This document shows, piece by piece, positions 60,889 to 64,000 of a DNA stretch of 64,000 nucleotides (position 1 is its first letter; the number at the start of each line of letters is the position of its first letter). Below the pieces are notes generated by a model. It did not search any database. It saw nothing but the letters and a program-made list of their open reading frames with translations, and had not been told where the DNA came from. Both the position numbers and the translations under genes were made by a program. Source of the stretch: Lama glama (lineage: Eukaryota); assembly GCA_028534125.1 (NCBI GenBank), contig CM052824.1, positions 59,644,001 to 59,708,000 of the forward strand, read 5' to 3'.

Positions 60889-61415
60889 TAGGTAAATGAG
60901 CATTTATGAAATGCCCTTACTCTTGCAGAAGTTCAAACCTGAGCATTCTCTTTCTGTTGGTTCGCCCCAAGGTGGGCCTTTAACAGAGGGGAGAGCCCCT
61001 TCTCTGAGCGTCAGCCTCCATCCTTGCTCCACGCAGTGTCTGCAGGTGGCCAGGCCAGAGGGCTTGGCTGTTCACAGGGGCCTTTTTCCCAGCGGCTTCC
61101 CTCTTTAGTTTTTGTCATGCAGTGAAGAAGGGAGCAGAAAAAGACCCGAATCGAGAGTTTTAAAATCCTGCTTCTTCCTGGAGTGGAACGGGTTTAACTC
61201 CTGGTTTGTGTGTTTCAGTTTTCATCTTTTTATTGACTCATCTTTTGTTTAGAATGTGCTCTCCAGGCGATAAACCCGAGGCTATCTAGACAGAAAGCAT
61301 GTCTGAAAGGAGAGGAGGAGACCCTTCCTGAGCAGAGGGCGGCGCTGATGCCCGAGAGCCCCCCACCCCGTCTGGTGGAGTGCACGCCAGCAAGGCCTCT
61401 CCTCTCCCCTCCCAG

Positions 61416-61568
61416 GCTTCCTGTGTCCAGTACCGGCTAGTGGTCCGGGATGCGAACACTCTTCAGATCATCCAGCTGTACACATGCCTGGACCAGATCC
61501 AGCACATCGAGTGGTCGGCCGACTCGCTCTTCATCCTGTGTGCCCTGTACAAGAGGGGGCTGGTCCAG
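61416..61568 (+). CDS. WRAP73: WRAP73 exon 2
   Basis: 153 nt, cccctcccag|GCT...CAG|gtgcgt; [51 protein letters not shown] (WD40 repeat). Confidence 0.97.
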
Positions 61569-62025
61569 GTGCGTTGCCCGCGGCTCGGCCCGCCGCCTCC
61601 CCGGGACCCCCTTCCCCATGCAGGGTCCTGCCCTGGGCCCTCCTGGGCAGGAAGGGAGGCAGCGCAGCTCAAAGCCCGCTTCCTTCTAAGGTCATCATAG
61701 TTCTCTCGTAGTTGAAGTACTTTTAAAACAAGAAGACACTTAAATATTCATGATCTGTGACCACATTAACTCAGGAACGGGAAGTGTTTGGACGGCAGCC
61801 CAGCAGCCTACACACCATGTGTTCAGGGAGCATTGGGTGGGGTGTTTTGTTTGAGACCCCAGAGTTAATTAACTGAATAGGGTCTTGGGAACGGCAGAGT
61901 GGAGAAACCCTCCAAACTACAGAAAGTGGCGTCACGGAGAAGCGTGGCCGCCTCGGGTGTCTTCCAGGACCAGCCTTTCAGGCTGAGAGCCTAATTAGTG
62001 CCCTGATCGCTCTCTCACGACCCAG

Positions 62026-62142
62026 GTGTGGTCTCTGGAGCAGCCAGAGTGGCACTGCAAGATAGACGAGGGCTCGGCTGGGCTGGTGGCTTCCTGCTGG
62101 AGCCCGGACGGGCGCCACATCCTCAACACGACGGAATTTCAC
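62026..62142 (+). CDS. WRAP73: WRAP73 exon 3; gene continues beyond the right edge
   Basis: 117 nt, cccag|GTG...CAC|gtgagt; [39 protein letters not shown]; not in the ORF track. Confidence 0.96.
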
Positions 62143-62340
62143 GTGAGTAGGCGCCCGGATGCCTGCCCCACCTTCCTCCGAAGATGACGTGGGAGCATTC
62201 CGGTGGGCGATTGGGAGGAAGAAACACGACTTTGGTCGTCAGAGCGTTATAAGCCCATGAGTGTTGTTATATAATCTTTTTGCCCAGTTTTAATGAAAAG
62301 GAAAGATTTTTTAAAAACATTTTAAATTATACGTATATTT

Positions 62341-62489
62341 TTGGTTTGGTTGGTTTTTTGGAGGGGAAGTAATTAGGTTTACTTATTTATATATTTATTT
62401 GTTTGTTTATTAATGGAGGTATTGAGGATTGAACCCAGGACCTTGTGAATGCTAAGCACGTGCTCCACCGCTGAGCTACACCCTCCCCC
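62341..62489 (-). mobile_element. Second tRNA-Ala-derived SINE of the same family
   Basis: Reverse complement reads GGGGAGGGTGTAGCTCAGCGGTGGAGCACGTGCTTAGC..GGGTTCAATCC..TAAACCTAATTACTTCCCC; AAATTATA on both flanks (possible target-site duplication). Confidence 0.9.
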
Positions 62490-63519
62490 AAATTATATTT
62501 GTAAGGGTTGAAACAGTTCTTTTGATTCAACAATAGAAAGTGAACTTTAGTATGAACGAATTTACATCCTTCCTCTGAGGCGTCTGATCTGTGGCACTAA
62601 CCCCTTCGTTCATTTGCTCCTCAAGCCTGGGGCTTCCTCTGGGCGCGAGGCGCTGGGCAGGAGCTCCGAGTGGAAGAAGAACATTTGAAATCTGGTAGTA
62701 AATTGGAGATAGCTCGGGCACTGTGACTACGTCTCATAAACACATCACATTAGGGCAATTGGCGTCTCGAAGGTGTTTGCTGAAAGGTCTTTGATGTTAG
62801 CGGTGTGTTTTTTGGACATAGAAAAATGTATGGGTCCCTTTAACGAGGTGGCTTCTGGCCTTTGGGTGTGATTCCGCTGAGGTCATCGGGTCTGGGTGCT
62901 GGCTCATCGCACCGGCCCAGCCCCCAGCTCTGCAGGCGCAGACCCTGCGCGGTGACAGCGTGTTTGGCGAGATGAGTGTTTATCCCCAGCCACGGGAGTG
63001 CGGCGTGACCCGCGGGAGTTCATTCTGCTTTTCTGAGTCGCATCGCTGGGAACAACCTCTCCAGCCGCGAGGGGACGGCCATATAGCTGCGTTAGAGCGC
63101 CATGGCTGTGCGTGACCTCCGTCTCGGTTTTCAGACATACTTTACAGGTGACGTCTGCCGGTAAGGCCGCCGGGAGCGCAGCCGGACGCGAAGGGGCCCG
63201 GAGCCTCCGCGTTGTGCACCTGAACGTTTTCCAGGGTCTCGGGAATGCTTCGAGCTTTTCACACTTCCTTGTCTAACATTCTTCATTCTTATAGTTTTTT
63301 GGGCCAAAATCCACCCTCCGATGGTCACCTGGCAGGGGGCCCCCATCTCCCGAACTTCAACGTGAAAGACAAATCGTGGGCCCCTTGGACAAGGGGTCGT
63401 GAGTGAAAACCGAGGCGGCCGGTTCTTGGGGTAGACACCTCGGGGTGAGACCGCTGGGAGGTGTGTGCCATTTTAAGAGCCTGCAGCCGCCACCCCACGT
63501 GGCTCTGCCCCTGGCAGTC

Positions 63520-64000
63520 CCACCAGCAGCTCAGAAGAGGTTCAGGCGCCCAGCCTCAGTGACGCTGGTCATCACAGCCTCTTCTGCGGTCAGTCTGATG
63601 TGTGGTGGCGTCTCATCATGGCGTAACTTGCGTTTTCCTTACGACGGACACAGTCCCTGTGTGCTGGTCACCATGTGACTTTGTCTGTATTTCTCTGCAC
63701 TTCTGTATTAGGCCGTTTGTCGTGTTACTGAGTGAAGGCGTATTCTGGCCACAAGTCCTTTGTCCGACGTCTGTGTAGCAGGTATCCTCTCCTGGCCTGT
63801 GGCTTGCTTTTTCACTTTCCTTTGAAAGGGCAGTTTTTCATTTTGATGGAGTCTCTAATCAGTTTTTCCTTTTTTGATTTGTGCATCTTGTGCCTAAAGA
63901 AGTCCCTGCCCAACCCAAGATCATGGAGTGTCTTTTGTTTTCTCCTAGGAGTTTCAGGGCGTGAGTGCCTCAGTTGGGGTGTCTCATCTGTCTTGAATCT
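63520..64000 (-). mobile_element. Old L1M ORF2 fragment
   Basis: TATTCTGGCCACAAGTCCTTTGTC..CTGTGGCTTGCTTTTTCACTTTC..CCAACCCAAGATCAT..TTTTCTCCTAGGAGTTT. Confidence 0.7.

Overview
GC-rich mammalian genomic DNA with no prokaryotic features. It is probably camelid, judging from two tRNA-Ala-derived SINEs of Vic-1-like form (inference). The window holds the 5' half of TP73 on the minus strand: non-coding exon 1, TA coding exons 2-3, the alternative deltaN first exon 3', and exons 4-6; the gene runs off the left edge. The first three coding exons of WRAP73/WDR8 lie on the plus strand, head-to-head with TP73 across a ~2.6 kb CpG-island region. All exons were fixed by GT/AG boundaries and reading-frame continuity. 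The TP73 P1 promoter (TATA-like box, E2F sites) and P2 promoter (p53-family element, TATA-like box) are recognisable. Introns contain MIR, L1, MLT1, MER21, MER53 and SINE remnants, short tandem duplications and a 243-N gap. Almost all ORFs in the supplied track are GC-rich artefacts. I found no evidence for a wholly new gene system. The most interesting unexplained structures are: (1) the multi-uORF leader of the deltaNp73 exon, (2) a young 114-bp inverted templated insertion beside the gap, (3) a palindromic MER53 element splitting the bidirectional promoter, and (4) several AT-rich, motif-dense candidate enhancers. Comparisons with human sequence and repeat-family names are from memory and need checking.
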